Assembly: GCA_965226795.1 (NCBI GenBank)
Contig: CBDDDZ010000004.1
Location: forward strand, 64,001 to 128,000
Origin: Candidatus Latescibacterota bacterium
GTDB lineage: Bacteria; Latescibacterota; UBA2968; GCA-2709665
DNA: 64,000 nt
Reading direction: 5' to 3'
Part shown: positions 29,789 through 39,964 of the stretch, piece by piece
Layout: every line of letters begins with the position of its first letter
Numbering within the stretch: the stretch's first letter is position 1
Made by a program: the position numbers and the translations under genes
Notes under the pieces: generated by a model
The model's input: only the letters and a program-made list of their open reading frames with translations
What the model was told of the DNA's origin: nothing
Databases searched by the model: none

Positions 29789-30724
29789 TTATCGCGGCCG
29801 GAGTTCGATGTGTTTCCGTTCGCAGTCCAATGCCTGGGCCATCGAGCGGAGGAGTCGAACGACCACCCCGCCGGACCCGCCTACAAAGCGAATATCGTGC
29901 GCAATCGCCTTCAACGCGTACTGTCCCAGTTCCATCCCGTAGACGTGCATGGCCTCCCGCATCCGCTTCCAGTGTGGCCGGCACGTCCGATACCCATTCG
30001 GCAGAAAGGCAACCGGGGTGTCCACTGCTTCCCGCATTTCAAGCACAACGGGCCACAGGTCTTCCGGCTCCCGAATGCCGCCCCCGCCCACGACGTCGGC
30101 GCCGGCGCCGGCCAGGACACGCGCGCACTCGGCGGGCGCGACACCATCGGCGGTTACTTCGTCCTCTCGAAGCACGGGGTTATTCAACCGCCCCTCCGGC
30201 AATGCGATATCCACCGAAACCACCACCGGCAGTGTCGCGGTCTTGCAGCACCCAAGCGCCAGGCGCGCCTCGTCAAGCCGGCCGAACGACTCACAGACAA
30301 GCAGGTCCACGCTCGCGTCGGCCAATATCTCGACCTGTTCCTCCCACTCCGCCCGGGCACGGTCCGCAGATCCCGCGTCATCGGCCTGAAAGGCCCCCGT
30401 GGAGGACAGCGTCCCCGCCACCAGTGCCTCCCCGCTGGCCGCACCCTTCGCCAGCGCCACGGCCCTCCGGTTCAACGCGTCGACCTGATCGACCCCACCC
30501 GCTTTCCCCCGCTCGCCAAGCCCGGTTCGGGTACACTGACCCGTCAGGGCTCTGATCACGCCGGCGCCTGCCCGGAAAAAATCCTGGTGGACCAGCCGCA
30601 CCGCGTCGGGGAAGTCTTCCAGCACCCACGGCGATGAATATCCCCGCAGCCTCAGTTCCTCCACGTTTCCACCATCTCCCAGCACGAAACCCCGCTCAAG
30701 AGAACTCAGAACGGCCTCAGCCAT
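29789..30724 (-). CDS. Homocysteine S-methyltransferase family, lacking Zn cysteines (paralog 2)
   Basis: LGDGG and HQDFFRAGA present; VVGGGG and VGGSGG at the Cys positions. Confidence 0.82.
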   Translation of the reverse strand: MAEAVLSSLERGFVLGDGGNVEELRLRGYSSPWVLEDFPDAVRLVHQDFFRAGAGVIRALTGQCTRTGLGERGKAGGVDQVDALNRRAVALAKGAASGEALVAGTLSSTGAFQADDAGSADRARAEWEEQVEILADASVDLLVCESFGRLDEARLALGCCKTATLPVVVSVDIALPEGRLNNPVLREDEVTADGVAPAECARVLAGAGADVVGGGGIREPEDLWPVVLEMREAVDTPVAFLPNGYRTCRPHWKRMREAMHVYGMELGQYALKAIAHDIRFVGGSGGVVVRLLRSMAQALDCERKHIELRPR

Positions 30725-30767
30725 AAACTGCCTCCTCTCCAATCTCAAAATGGTCCTGTTTTGCTGG

Positions 30768-32771
30768 TCAATGCCAGCTGTGTACCCTGTGTCCCGAATG
30801 CGGGAACCAGATGGCGTCCACGACCGTACCCGCGATCACCGCCAGGATGTATCCCGTCAGGATCCCGATAAAAAAGGGCAACGATCGCCGGTAGAATGCC
30901 GTGCCGCCAATCCTGAGCATGAGGAATTTGATCAGCCACGCGACCAGAAGCGTGAGGCTTTCCAATCTGGCGAATATCGTACCCGAAAGCGCGAACCCCA
31001 CCGGGTGAAGCCGCCATCTGGGAAGCCGGTATCGCATCAGGTTCAAGGCTGTCATCACAACAGTTCCCGCGAGAAACAGCCAGTATTCCACCGCCAGGAT
31101 CGGCCGTGGGTTGCGCAGCGCGTCCACCGCCAGACCGTAGTTCCATTCACCCTCGTGAAGAATCAACCAGTTCGGTTGAAAATTGTACCCCCCCATGGTG
31201 TAGGCCAGCCAGACTGTTTGGAGTGTCGAAACCACCGTGCCGAGTATGAAGGCCCCGAACACCCCCCAGAAAAAGCGTCGCTTGCCTTCGGGGATAAAAT
31301 CACCCAGGCGGTTCACCTGCGCAATCATCGGCAGCGCGAAACTCCTGGGGTGGTTGACCGTGAACGGCAGGAGGCTGGAGGCGGCGTTTGTGGAAGGACC
31401 GAGCCTGTGCGCCCCGCCCAGCGCGAACAGCGCGTAATCCCAAGCCACCGCCGGCGGATCGACGTAGACCAGCCCCGAGTCGGCGACCACCTTCGCCACG
31501 CCCACGTACGCGATAAACATGGCCGGCGTCAAAACCAGGATCATCCCCGGCTCGATTCCGATCTGCGCGAGCCAGGCCACAATGTACACGCAGCAGACGA
31601 CCAGCCCGAGGACGGCGGCACGATAGGATATCCACTCCCTGCTGTCATCCAGGGTGGAACGATCCGGACGGACGGCCTTCCGGAAAACCTCGCGCAGGTG
31701 CCCCCTGGAGATCCAGAGCCACCAGATGACCAGCGCCGCGAAGGCACCGGCCGTCTGGAACTTGTAGCTCGTCAGGTTGTACGGGCCGGAGCCGTAGTGC
31801 GGGGACGTCGCCACCACGCCCAGTCGATTCAGAAGGCCGGCTTCAATCATATAAAGGATGTCGAAGAACCAGATGCTGAAGAGTACTTCCAGGTTGGCGA
31901 AATATGAAAAGCATATGACGAATACGCTCAGGTAGATGCAGAAAGGGGGATACTGTTTGGGCAGGAGATCCCACACGTAGTTCATGCGGGTGTTCATCAC
32001 CTTCGGAAATGCAGGATAGAACCAGTGCACCATATTCAACCAGAAAACCCCGGACATCAACCCGAACCCCGCCCAGAACGCCTTTCCCTTCATAAATTCC
32101 GGAAGGACCCGCGACCCGGATCCACTCCGGTTCGCCATCTCCAGGACCGGTGTCAACGTGGGGTAGACCAGCTTTTCGTGGTCCGCCCACTGGCGATGCA
32201 GAATGACCGACACGCAGACGCAGGCGAACCCCAGAACGGCGATGAAGCCGAACCACCACAACAGCGGCCCCCACCAGTCGTGCCAGGGAATGGACATCCC
32301 GTTCGGGAGCCCTTCGAAAAACATGGTGATGGACTGCCGTTCGTCCGTTGAGATCAGCCAGCCGGGAAGATGCGGGTGCAGATATTCCGACCACCGGTTC
32401 TCGGGCGTGGCGAAGTAGTAGGGAGCCACCAGCTGGCTGACGAGGTATCCACTGATACCGTAGGTGGGGCCCATGGCGCTTATCAGGCCCATGCCGAAAA
32501 TCGTGATCCATTCCGCCGGAGCGAACACGAAACGCCGGCCGAACCATCGGGCAAGCGCGGCACAGATCAGAATCGACAGCAGAAAGAGCAGAAGGTCGCC
32601 CATCGGGATCAGGCTGATTGCCATGTACGACCCATGCTGGACATACCGCATCGTATTGGCGAGCAGGTTGACGGCTACCGACAACCCGAGCCCGAATACG
32701 ACCGCGCGGGTCGTTACGCCCGGGCTCGCGGGCCGCCGGTTCCGCGGTTCTGCCGTGCCGCCGTTGGCCAT
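30768..32771 (-). CDS. DUF6785/DUF6784-like putative transporter (copy 2)
   Basis: Collinear with copy 1 over the full length. Confidence 0.75.
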   Translation of the reverse strand: MANGGTAEPRNRRPASPGVTTRAVVFGLGLSVAVNLLANTMRYVQHGSYMAISLIPMGDLLLFLLSILICAALARWFGRRFVFAPAEWITIFGMGLISAMGPTYGISGYLVSQLVAPYYFATPENRWSEYLHPHLPGWLISTDERQSITMFFEGLPNGMSIPWHDWWGPLLWWFGFIAVLGFACVCVSVILHRQWADHEKLVYPTLTPVLEMANRSGSGSRVLPEFMKGKAFWAGFGLMSGVFWLNMVHWFYPAFPKVMNTRMNYVWDLLPKQYPPFCIYLSVFVICFSYFANLEVLFSIWFFDILYMIEAGLLNRLGVVATSPHYGSGPYNLTSYKFQTAGAFAALVIWWLWISRGHLREVFRKAVRPDRSTLDDSREWISYRAAVLGLVVCCVYIVAWLAQIGIEPGMILVLTPAMFIAYVGVAKVVADSGLVYVDPPAVAWDYALFALGGAHRLGPSTNAASSLLPFTVNHPRSFALPMIAQVNRLGDFIPEGKRRFFWGVFGAFILGTVVSTLQTVWLAYTMGGYNFQPNWLILHEGEWNYGLAVDALRNPRPILAVEYWLFLAGTVVMTALNLMRYRLPRWRLHPVGFALSGTIFARLESLTLLVAWLIKFLMLRIGGTAFYRRSLPFFIGILTGYILAVIAGTVVDAIWFPHSGHRVHSWH

Positions 32772-32790
32772 GGGTCTCCCGACCGGTTAG

Positions 32791-32950
32791 CAGTCCGTTG
32801 ATAAAGTCGCTCTGCAGGCGAGGTCGAGCCATTGTGGCCGAAGACAAGGCGCGCAACCGAGTCGAATCGAGCGATTCGGCGAGGGAGCGCAACGCAGTAT
32901 TTCGACCGCAAGGGCCGGCCGTAGCCCGGATGGGCTTTTTCAACGGGCTG
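32791..32950. mobile_element. MITE-like element, 160 bp
   Basis: TIRs cagtccgttgataaag / ctttttcaacgggctg (14/16); TTAG on both flanks; no ORF. Confidence 0.75.
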
Positions 32951-32956
32951 TTAGGC

Positions 32957-34147
32957 TCAGCGCAGCCCCATGCCGCCCAGGTCCGCCGGAACCTGCCCCG
33001 CAGCCCGATCCCGGTTCGGGCGAAAATCGGGAACCCGCATCAACCGGCTCCCCTCCTGTATCGAGTCAATCGCCCGTACCGCCGCGGCAACCGTATCCAT
33101 GGCCCTGTACACGTCAAAAGCCAGCGGCTTCCCGCTGAGGACCGCGTCGCGAAAATGCATATGCACGTAGGAGTCCGCGTCGCCGTGGCCGCTTCCACGC
33201 GCCTCCGACGGCGCATCGGTGCGTTCAAAGCGCCAATCCACCTCCGTCCAGTCGTTCATCTGCGCGTCCGCGAACCAGACTTTCGGCATCTCGCGGCGCG
33301 AACGCCGCCACTCCAGGCTCCCCTTTGTGCCAATCATCTGCCACCAGTGGTGATCTCCATGCGGGCGCGGCTGTGTATGACCATCCAACATGCGAATCAA
33401 CGTATCCTTTTCGGTCTTCATCAGCGCAACCTGCACGTCGGGCTTTCCAATCTGCGGATGCGCGTAGCTTGGCCTTTTTGTGCTCATCGCCGTTACTTCC
33501 GTCACACGGTCGTCCAGGATCTTCAAAAGGATGCTCAGATCGTACGAAGCGGCAATAATGGGCGGGGTGTCGTGGGGAAACGTCGGCCTGGCTTCGGGAT
33601 GGTCGGACAACTCCTCGATGGAATACTGCTTCCCCGTGCTGTAGTCCTGGAAAAATTGATGTGTGCCGTAATACCCGACGTATTGACCCTCGGCGTAGGT
33701 GATTTTGCCCAACCTGCCGTCGTCTATAAGGCGCTTCCATCCGTCCACGAACCCCCAGAAACGCGTCTGCTCGGCGAGGCCGTAGACCAACCCCGTACGC
33801 TCCACGTTGGTTACGATGCGCCAGCACTCCGCCATCGTGTAGGCGCCCGGCACTTCGCTGTTCACGTGCTTGCCCGCCTCCAGCGCCTCCGCTGCCATGC
33901 GCCCCACCTCGCGCTGCCTCACCACAAGACCCACCGCGTCCATCTGATCGTATGCCAGGAAATCCTCGTAGTTGCCGAACGCCGCCACGTCGTCCCGATA
34001 GGAGATTTCAGCAAGTGCCCGCTCCTGTAGCGGTTCGATCCAATCGTAGACCGCCGTGATCCGGTAGCCGGGAATTTTCTGCAGCAGCCTTATCCAGTGC
34101 AGCCCCCGGCCGCCCAGGCCTGCGATCCCAATGCGAATTTCGTCCAT
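32957..34147 (-). CDS. Gfo/Idh/MocA family oxidoreductase (paralog B)
   Basis: Long stretches identical to paralog A, e.g. WIRLLQK and SYDLSILLKILDDRV. Confidence 0.9.
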   Translation of the reverse strand: MDEIRIGIAGLGGRGLHWIRLLQKIPGYRITAVYDWIEPLQERALAEISYRDDVAAFGNYEDFLAYDQMDAVGLVVRQREVGRMAAEALEAGKHVNSEVPGAYTMAECWRIVTNVERTGLVYGLAEQTRFWGFVDGWKRLIDDGRLGKITYAEGQYVGYYGTHQFFQDYSTGKQYSIEELSDHPEARPTFPHDTPPIIAASYDLSILLKILDDRVTEVTAMSTKRPSYAHPQIGKPDVQVALMKTEKDTLIRMLDGHTQPRPHGDHHWWQMIGTKGSLEWRRSRREMPKVWFADAQMNDWTEVDWRFERTDAPSEARGSGHGDADSYVHMHFRDAVLSGKPLAFDVYRAMDTVAAAVRAIDSIQEGSRLMRVPDFRPNRDRAAGQVPADLGGMGLR

Positions 34148-34180
34148 GTCGGTCCCTCCGGAGCCGGTTTGCAACCTTTA

Positions 34181-34343
34181 GAAGCTGTTTTAAAATCCCA
34201 AGTGAATTCCCGAGCGCGAGCGAAAAGGTGTCGGTCCAGGCGGGCGGACCCGCCCGTATCTTTGAGATACGGGTGAGTTTGACCAACGCCGACCGACGCT
34301 TTTGCAGCCACGCGAAGACCGCTGGGGGTTTTAAAGCAGCTTC
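34181..34343. mobile_element. MITE-like element, about 163 bp
   Basis: TIRs gaagctgttttaaaatcc / gggttttaaagcagcttc (16/18); internal hairpin cccgtatct-ttg-agatacggg. Confidence 0.7.
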
Positions 34344-35054
34344 CTAGTCAAGTTGAAAACGGATGTAGATAAACATCCGCACTTCAACCGCCTCGCGATT
34401 CTGGTACCCCGGGAGATACCGGAAACCCGATAGGGCGTCCAGCGATGCTTTGTGAAACTGCTCGTGCCCCTTGAGCACCACGCCATCATTGACCCGGCCG
34501 TCCTTTCCCACGGTAAATTCCATCAGGACGACACCCTCCAGGCCAGCCCGCCGCGCCTCGTCCGGATACGCCGGATCCACCTTTTTGAGGAGCTTTGGCT
34601 TCCGTTCCACGAACCGAGCCGGGTAGACCTCCTCCCCATCCACTTCCTCGTCCTTAAAGGGGGCCGAAACAAGAGTGTCCGAAGGCGTAGAAAGGCGTAT
34701 GGACACCGTGTCGAAATCGAGATCCGTGGTGGCGGCAACGGTCATCTCTTCGGGCAGCAGGTCGCGGCTATCCGTTTCAAGGGGCATCGTCGGCCGTGCC
34801 AGAGGCGGTAGCCTCACGCCCTGTCGGGTCTCCGGAACCTCGGTAACCTGGATGAGAATCGGATGTTTCGCTGAGGCTGGCGTGCGGAGCCTGATGGCTG
34901 GGAAAGTAAAGGCAACGGCCGCGTGGAGGGCGAGCGAAATCCCGACGCACAGGGGGAGGACCTTCCGATACTGCGCCTTCAAGTCCGCTTCGGGACGCCT
35001 GGTGCGGATGATGTTTCCGGTTATCCAGGGTCTGGGAGGCAGCTGTTGTGGCAT
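34344..35054 (-). CDS. tonB: TonB family energy transducer
   Basis: N-terminal TM with SLALH; YPDEARRAGLEGVVLMEFTV C-terminal domain; GGAGG RBS. Confidence 0.88.
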   Translation of the reverse strand: MPQQLPPRPWITGNIIRTRRPEADLKAQYRKVLPLCVGISLALHAAVAFTFPAIRLRTPASAKHPILIQVTEVPETRQGVRLPPLARPTMPLETDSRDLLPEEMTVAATTDLDFDTVSIRLSTPSDTLVSAPFKDEEVDGEEVYPARFVERKPKLLKKVDPAYPDEARRAGLEGVVLMEFTVGKDGRVNDGVVLKGHEQFHKASLDALSGFRYLPGYQNREAVEVRMFIYIRFQLD

Positions 35055-35163
35055 TGTACCCTCCACGCTGCCTGCACGGCCGGCGTACATGCGTTCAACG
35101 CGCATTTTGCAGGGTACGGCGATCCGTCGACGTTCCACATGCGACGACTCGCAGAAACCCGGC

Positions 35164-36039
35164 TCAGGCCGCGTCGGGCGCGCGTCCCAATGCCCGCGCC
35201 ATCGCCCTGATGATGTTCGGGCCCGCCCCGCAGCAGGCGCCGATGAGATTGATCCCTTCGGCCTTCGCCTTTACCGCACAATCGGCCATCACGTCCAGCG
35301 GAACGCGTGTATCCTTTCCGCCAGATCCGAACCCGTTGGGCTGCCAGCCAACGGGCACGTCCACAGCCTCACGCATCTCCACCGCGAGATTCAACATCCC
35401 TTCGGGCGTTCCGTTGCATACCAGACCCACGACGTCGGCACCCTGCCCGGCCAGAACGCGAGCGCACTCCGCCGCCGTGGCGCCGTCCTGCGTCGTGCGG
35501 CCCATGCCCATGAATACCATGGTCGGAACACTCGTCTTCTTGCAACATTCCAGGCACACCAGCACCTCGTCAAGACGGTGAAACGTCTCCGGAATCAGGA
35601 AATCCGCACCCGCCTCCACCAGAATGGCGATCTGTTCGTCCCACTCCGCCTTTGCCCGGTCTCTGGAAGACGGGTCATCCGGATCGAAAATCGGATCGCC
35701 CTCCCACGACCCGGTCCTGGTTGATACCAGGCATCCCCCCACCGGCGCCTCGCCACCGGACGCCTCCTTTGCCAGTTGCACACCCACCCGGTTTACTTCG
35801 CCCAGCCTTTGGCTCCAACCAAAATTCCGATCCAACTGGGAACGGGAGGTAAACCACGTCACTGCTTCAAGCACCTGAGAGCCGGCATTGAAGAAATCCC
35901 TGTGTATCTGTCGAATGGCGTCCGGATGCTCCACAATCGCACTGGGGGTGTCGTACCCGCGCCACCTTGCTTCCAGAATCATACCGCCGTCGCAAAGGAC
36001 AACGTCCTCGCGCAACATTTTCATCACATCCTCAGGCAT
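35164..36039 (-). CDS. Homocysteine S-methyltransferase family, BHMT-like (paralog 3)
   Basis: LCDGGM, VGLVC and IGACCG motifs. Confidence 0.88.
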   Translation of the reverse strand: MPEDVMKMLREDVVLCDGGMILEARWRGYDTPSAIVEHPDAIRQIHRDFFNAGSQVLEAVTWFTSRSQLDRNFGWSQRLGEVNRVGVQLAKEASGGEAPVGGCLVSTRTGSWEGDPIFDPDDPSSRDRAKAEWDEQIAILVEAGADFLIPETFHRLDEVLVCLECCKKTSVPTMVFMGMGRTTQDGATAAECARVLAGQGADVVGLVCNGTPEGMLNLAVEMREAVDVPVGWQPNGFGSGGKDTRVPLDVMADCAVKAKAEGINLIGACCGAGPNIIRAMARALGRAPDAA

Positions 36040-36118
36040 CTCGCTACCTTCCTCCTTCAGGCTGGAGACGATATCCCTCAGATCCGGACCCTCACGCGCC
36101 CCTGGATATCATTGCCGA

Positions 36119-38890
36119 TTATTGGCTTGCTTCCCTCACCCAGAACAGGCCTTCCTTGGTCGCCTGCTGCCCGCTGTCCAGGTCCTTCACGGTCATCCGG
36201 ACCCTGCGGCGACCCGGGGCGGCCTCCCCGATGTCCAGCGCCACGTAGTCAGAAACCGACGCCTCCGTGCCGGTCTGTTCGTAGCGTACCGTTACCGCCG
36301 ATTCCGACCGACCCAGAACCCTCGTTTTCACGCGGGAAAGGCTGGTCCCGGATTCGTCGGTGCTGTAAACTTCGTAGGCCACCTCGTAGCGCGTGGCCCC
36401 GAACTCGTCCTGCGAGAGGTTGTAGATTTCGAAAAAGACAAATACGTGCTGCCCGGCGTTGAATACATGCGAGGGCAACGGTGTGATATTCCATCTCCCG
36501 CGGACGAACCTGGGGTCGGACCCGGACATTGCCACCTCCACCTGCCGGGCGACGAACAGATCGCTCAGCTTCAGCCGTTCCCCTGAGTAGTCTTCCACGG
36601 ACAGCTTCTGCGAGTAAGCCTGGAGACGATTCGTGTTGTGGCGCTGAACCTGCACGGCCAGTTCGTATTCTCCCGGCAGAACATCCAGGAGATCCACCCG
36701 GTCCAGGAGCGCCCGGTCACGCCGCCGCCCCGAGACCGGCACTTCCATATCCTGCTGTAAGGACAACACCGTTGTGTACCGCCCGTCCATCAGCGCCACC
36801 CTCCGATTGACCAGTACGTCGGCGTCCGTATCCCCGGGCATGGCGACATGCTCGATGGGAATGCCCACATTTACCTGGACCTCGGTACCGGCCTTCTTTC
36901 CGCGGAACGTGACCACGTCGTAGCTGAAGTCGAGCGGCTCGAAACCCGTGAGGCTAAAGCGCTCTGGTTCCTCCCTCGCCACCGACGCAACCCGGGTGGA
37001 AGGGGCGAGTTCCGTGAGCCGCTGCATCAGGCGCAGGTAGGCCATCTGTCCCACAAAGGGGTCTTTATCGAGGTTCTTGAGATCCTGGCTGTTCACGCCG
37101 GGTACCGGCGCATAGTCGTACACGCCGGAATTCTGTTCATCCGTGAACGCCACTTCCAGACCCTTTCCCACGCCCGCATACACCCAGACCTCCCAGGGCA
37201 CGGACGCCCAATTGTGCCCCATCGTGACCGGCTTCCATCCGCTCAGGCCAATGGCGAATTCCGGATCCAGATCAATACCCGCCTGGATGGGAGATTCTTC
37301 CAGATCCACCAGTTCCCGGGGCGCTGCAGCGGGATTTCCCCAAGCGCCCGCGGCGGCCTGTTCCGGCGGCAATACGGCCAGGTTGAGTTCTTCGATCGCC
37401 GCCATCTGCATGTTGCGCCGGAGGTCTTCGCTCGGCTCCAGAAAAGAACCCAGATCCGTGCGGATGGGGAAAACGGGCCCCACAAAGCTGATGCCCACCC
37501 CCTGGGCGCCATAAAGCTGGTAGGCCATATTGTCCTGTACGCTTTCGACTGCGGGAGGCACGTTTGGATTCGGCTCCAGCGAAGAGGACCGGTAGTCCGG
37601 TTCGCCGTAGCGGATGTACACCTCCCCGCGGCGGTCCCAGGGCCACTTCAGCTCTCCATACTTCGTTCGGGCGTGCCACACCCGCCGGTGGTGCGCGGCG
37701 CGACGCATCGCGCCGCGTGAGGCCTTGAACGGGTCGTGGCGGAGCCAGAAGCGCTGCAGAAACGCGGCCCTGTTGTCAGGGGGGGTTGCGCGATACGCTT
37801 CGATTTCGTGCGGCAGACCCACCAGCGACACATCCCGGTAGAGTGCCTGTTCTTCCGGATCCAGGCTTTCGATGTAGATCTTGAACGCCCGGAGCGCGCC
37901 TTCGTAGTTGCCCCGCGCCATCAGCGCCTGCGCCAGCAGCGGCAGCGCGTGGTCATTTGTCATCAGGGACGTAAGGGTCTCAACCTCTTTGAATTTTTCT
38001 TTCTCCAGCAACTCACCGGCAAATGCCAGCGCCGCCGCCTGGTCCGCCGGTTTCAGTTCCAGGAATTTCTCAAAGTAGACCATCGCGCCCTGAAGGTTGC
38101 CGTCCTCACGGTGTGATTCGGCCAGCAGCAGGTGGGCCGGTGCAATCCGGGAGTCGTATTGAAGCGCCCGGTCCGCGGCCTGCCTCGCCCCTGGGCGCCC
38201 GGTTTCCAGATAGACGCGGGCAAGGAAATAGTGCGCCTGCGCATAGGTGGAGTCGGCGCGCAGCGCCGCCTCCAGATGGGGCAAGGCGCCCGCCGCGTCT
38301 CCCTCTAATTCGAGGGCGACCCTGCCCAGCCCACAATACGCCGCAGCCAGTTTCGGATTGAATCCGACCGCCCGTTCGAACGCGTATCGCGCGCTGTCCG
38401 CCGCACCTGCTTTCAGGTGCGTCCGGCCAACCTGCTCGAGTGCCCGGGACAAATAGGTGTACGTCCAGATATACGTGGAGTCGGCGCGCAGAGCGGCTTC
38501 CAGATGCGGCAGCGCCCCGGCCGCGTCTCCCTCCAGCTCGAGGGCCACCCTGCCCAGCCCACAGTGCGCCGTGGCCAGTTTCGGGGCGAATCCGACCGCA
38601 CGTTGAAACGCCGAGCGCGCGTCATGCGCCCACCCCACCCGCAGATAGAGCATACCGGCCCGGTTCAACAGGAATCCGGCATGGTCCGAATGGTCGACCA
38701 GTGCGCTCTCCAACGCCTTCGCCGCCTCCACCACGGTCGGCACGTCCCGGGCTTTCAGACCGCGCGAGTACACCGCATCCAATTCCGGCAACGGCTTCCT
38801 GGCGGCCGGAGTGGCACCCGGCCAGAGGCCGCCAACCATCAGCGCACCGCCGAGCAGAAGGCGTACCCGCAGCCACTTTGGATGCTCCAT
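36119..38890 (-). CDS. TPR plus GWxTD-domain protein
   Basis: Signal peptide, TPRs, FLQRFW..DP, and WDRRGEVYIRYGEPD motif. Confidence 0.8.
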   Translation of the reverse strand: MEHPKWLRVRLLLGGALMVGGLWPGATPAARKPLPELDAVYSRGLKARDVPTVVEAAKALESALVDHSDHAGFLLNRAGMLYLRVGWAHDARSAFQRAVGFAPKLATAHCGLGRVALELEGDAAGALPHLEAALRADSTYIWTYTYLSRALEQVGRTHLKAGAADSARYAFERAVGFNPKLAAAYCGLGRVALELEGDAAGALPHLEAALRADSTYAQAHYFLARVYLETGRPGARQAADRALQYDSRIAPAHLLLAESHREDGNLQGAMVYFEKFLELKPADQAAALAFAGELLEKEKFKEVETLTSLMTNDHALPLLAQALMARGNYEGALRAFKIYIESLDPEEQALYRDVSLVGLPHEIEAYRATPPDNRAAFLQRFWLRHDPFKASRGAMRRAAHHRRVWHARTKYGELKWPWDRRGEVYIRYGEPDYRSSSLEPNPNVPPAVESVQDNMAYQLYGAQGVGISFVGPVFPIRTDLGSFLEPSEDLRRNMQMAAIEELNLAVLPPEQAAAGAWGNPAAAPRELVDLEESPIQAGIDLDPEFAIGLSGWKPVTMGHNWASVPWEVWVYAGVGKGLEVAFTDEQNSGVYDYAPVPGVNSQDLKNLDKDPFVGQMAYLRLMQRLTELAPSTRVASVAREEPERFSLTGFEPLDFSYDVVTFRGKKAGTEVQVNVGIPIEHVAMPGDTDADVLVNRRVALMDGRYTTVLSLQQDMEVPVSGRRRDRALLDRVDLLDVLPGEYELAVQVQRHNTNRLQAYSQKLSVEDYSGERLKLSDLFVARQVEVAMSGSDPRFVRGRWNITPLPSHVFNAGQHVFVFFEIYNLSQDEFGATRYEVAYEVYSTDESGTSLSRVKTRVLGRSESAVTVRYEQTGTEASVSDYVALDIGEAAPGRRRVRMTVKDLDSGQQATKEGLFWVREASQ

Positions 38891-38979
38891 ATGCCGTTAC
38901 ATCCTCCGTAAACAGATAGGCGGCCCTGTCACTCTCAGAAGCCGCCTACCGTGTTCACTTCAATTGCGCTTCCCCGATA

Positions 38980-39954
38980 TCAGAACGATCCTGTCACCGA
39001 GAACCGCAGGGTCGTACCGTTGTCGGGAAATTTGTCGAACTTAACGAAGGCGAAGTCCGCCTGCACGTGGTGTATGCCCCGCTGCAGCCGTACCCCCGCC
39101 CCGGCTGTAAAGTCCTGCGCGTCGTACCCCAGCTTGTACCCGGCCCGAAGCGCAACGATGTTCCGCAGCCAGAGTTCGGCACCCGTGTGTATCCGCCGCT
39201 CGACGCTCACGCTGTAGAGTGCTTCGATCGCTCCGGTGAGCGAGACGTCCTCGCCGCGTTCTCCGTACACCTCCGCAGCCGTCGCCAGGCTGAAGAAGAC
39301 GGGCATCTTGCCCTTAATGGCCTCGTCCGTCAGGAGCACAAGGTCCTTTCCGAAGTTGCGCAACGACATGCCGATACGCAGGCTTCGGAAGCCGGTATGG
39401 TAGAAGGTCCCGACCGCCAGGTCGAAAACGCGGTAGTCGTAGCCCTTGTCGAGCTTTTCCTCAACCACCCGCGCCTGAAACCCCACGGAGAAACGCTCTG
39501 TAAACTGCTTGGCATAGAGTCCGCCCAGGGCCCAGCTTCCGGTGTCCAGCATCCGGCCCGTTCCCTCGGGATTGAATATGGTCGTCTCCTCGATATCGCC
39601 GGTGTTGAACGCAACCAGACTCAGTGCCAGGGCGCCGTAGTCGGTATTGACCCCTACCGCCGCGGAGTTCAATTGGGAATCCAGGAGCCACTTCGTGTTA
39701 GTGAAGGCAAATTGAAACCGGTTGCGCGCCATGGCCGTGAGCCCGGCCGGATTCCAGAACGCGGCATTGATGTCGTCTGCCACAGCCACGTAGGCGTCTC
39801 CCATCCCGGCGGCGCGTGCGCTTTGGGAGATCTCCAGGAAGGCGGCGTAGGTCTCGCCCACCGGGGTCTGGTTCGAGATTTCGGCCAACGCCGGGACGCC
39901 GAGAACGAGGACGCCGAAGAGCGCCGTAAATCCGATCTTATAAATGCGCTTCAT
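38980..39954 (-). CDS. PorV/PorQ family outer-membrane beta-barrel
   Basis: FLEISQSARAAGMGDAYVAVADD..A.FWNPAGL; terminal Phe. Confidence 0.88.
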   Translation of the reverse strand: MKRIYKIGFTALFGVLVLGVPALAEISNQTPVGETYAAFLEISQSARAAGMGDAYVAVADDINAAFWNPAGLTAMARNRFQFAFTNTKWLLDSQLNSAAVGVNTDYGALALSLVAFNTGDIEETTIFNPEGTGRMLDTGSWALGGLYAKQFTERFSVGFQARVVEEKLDKGYDYRVFDLAVGTFYHTGFRSLRIGMSLRNFGKDLVLLTDEAIKGKMPVFFSLATAAEVYGERGEDVSLTGAIEALYSVSVERRIHTGAELWLRNIVALRAGYKLGYDAQDFTAGAGVRLQRGIHHVQADFAFVKFDKFPDNGTTLRFSVTGSF

Positions 39955-39964
39955 GGCGACCTCC

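Noticed and set aside
32791..34343. Composite transposon carrying GfoB
   Set aside because: The two MITEs have different TIRs and no shared outer target duplication; the gene fits the duplicated module.
28714..36039. Calling the methyltransferases metH, mmuM or bhmT
   Set aside because: They are standalone and divergent, with no pterin or cobalamin domains nearby; the substrate cannot be assigned.
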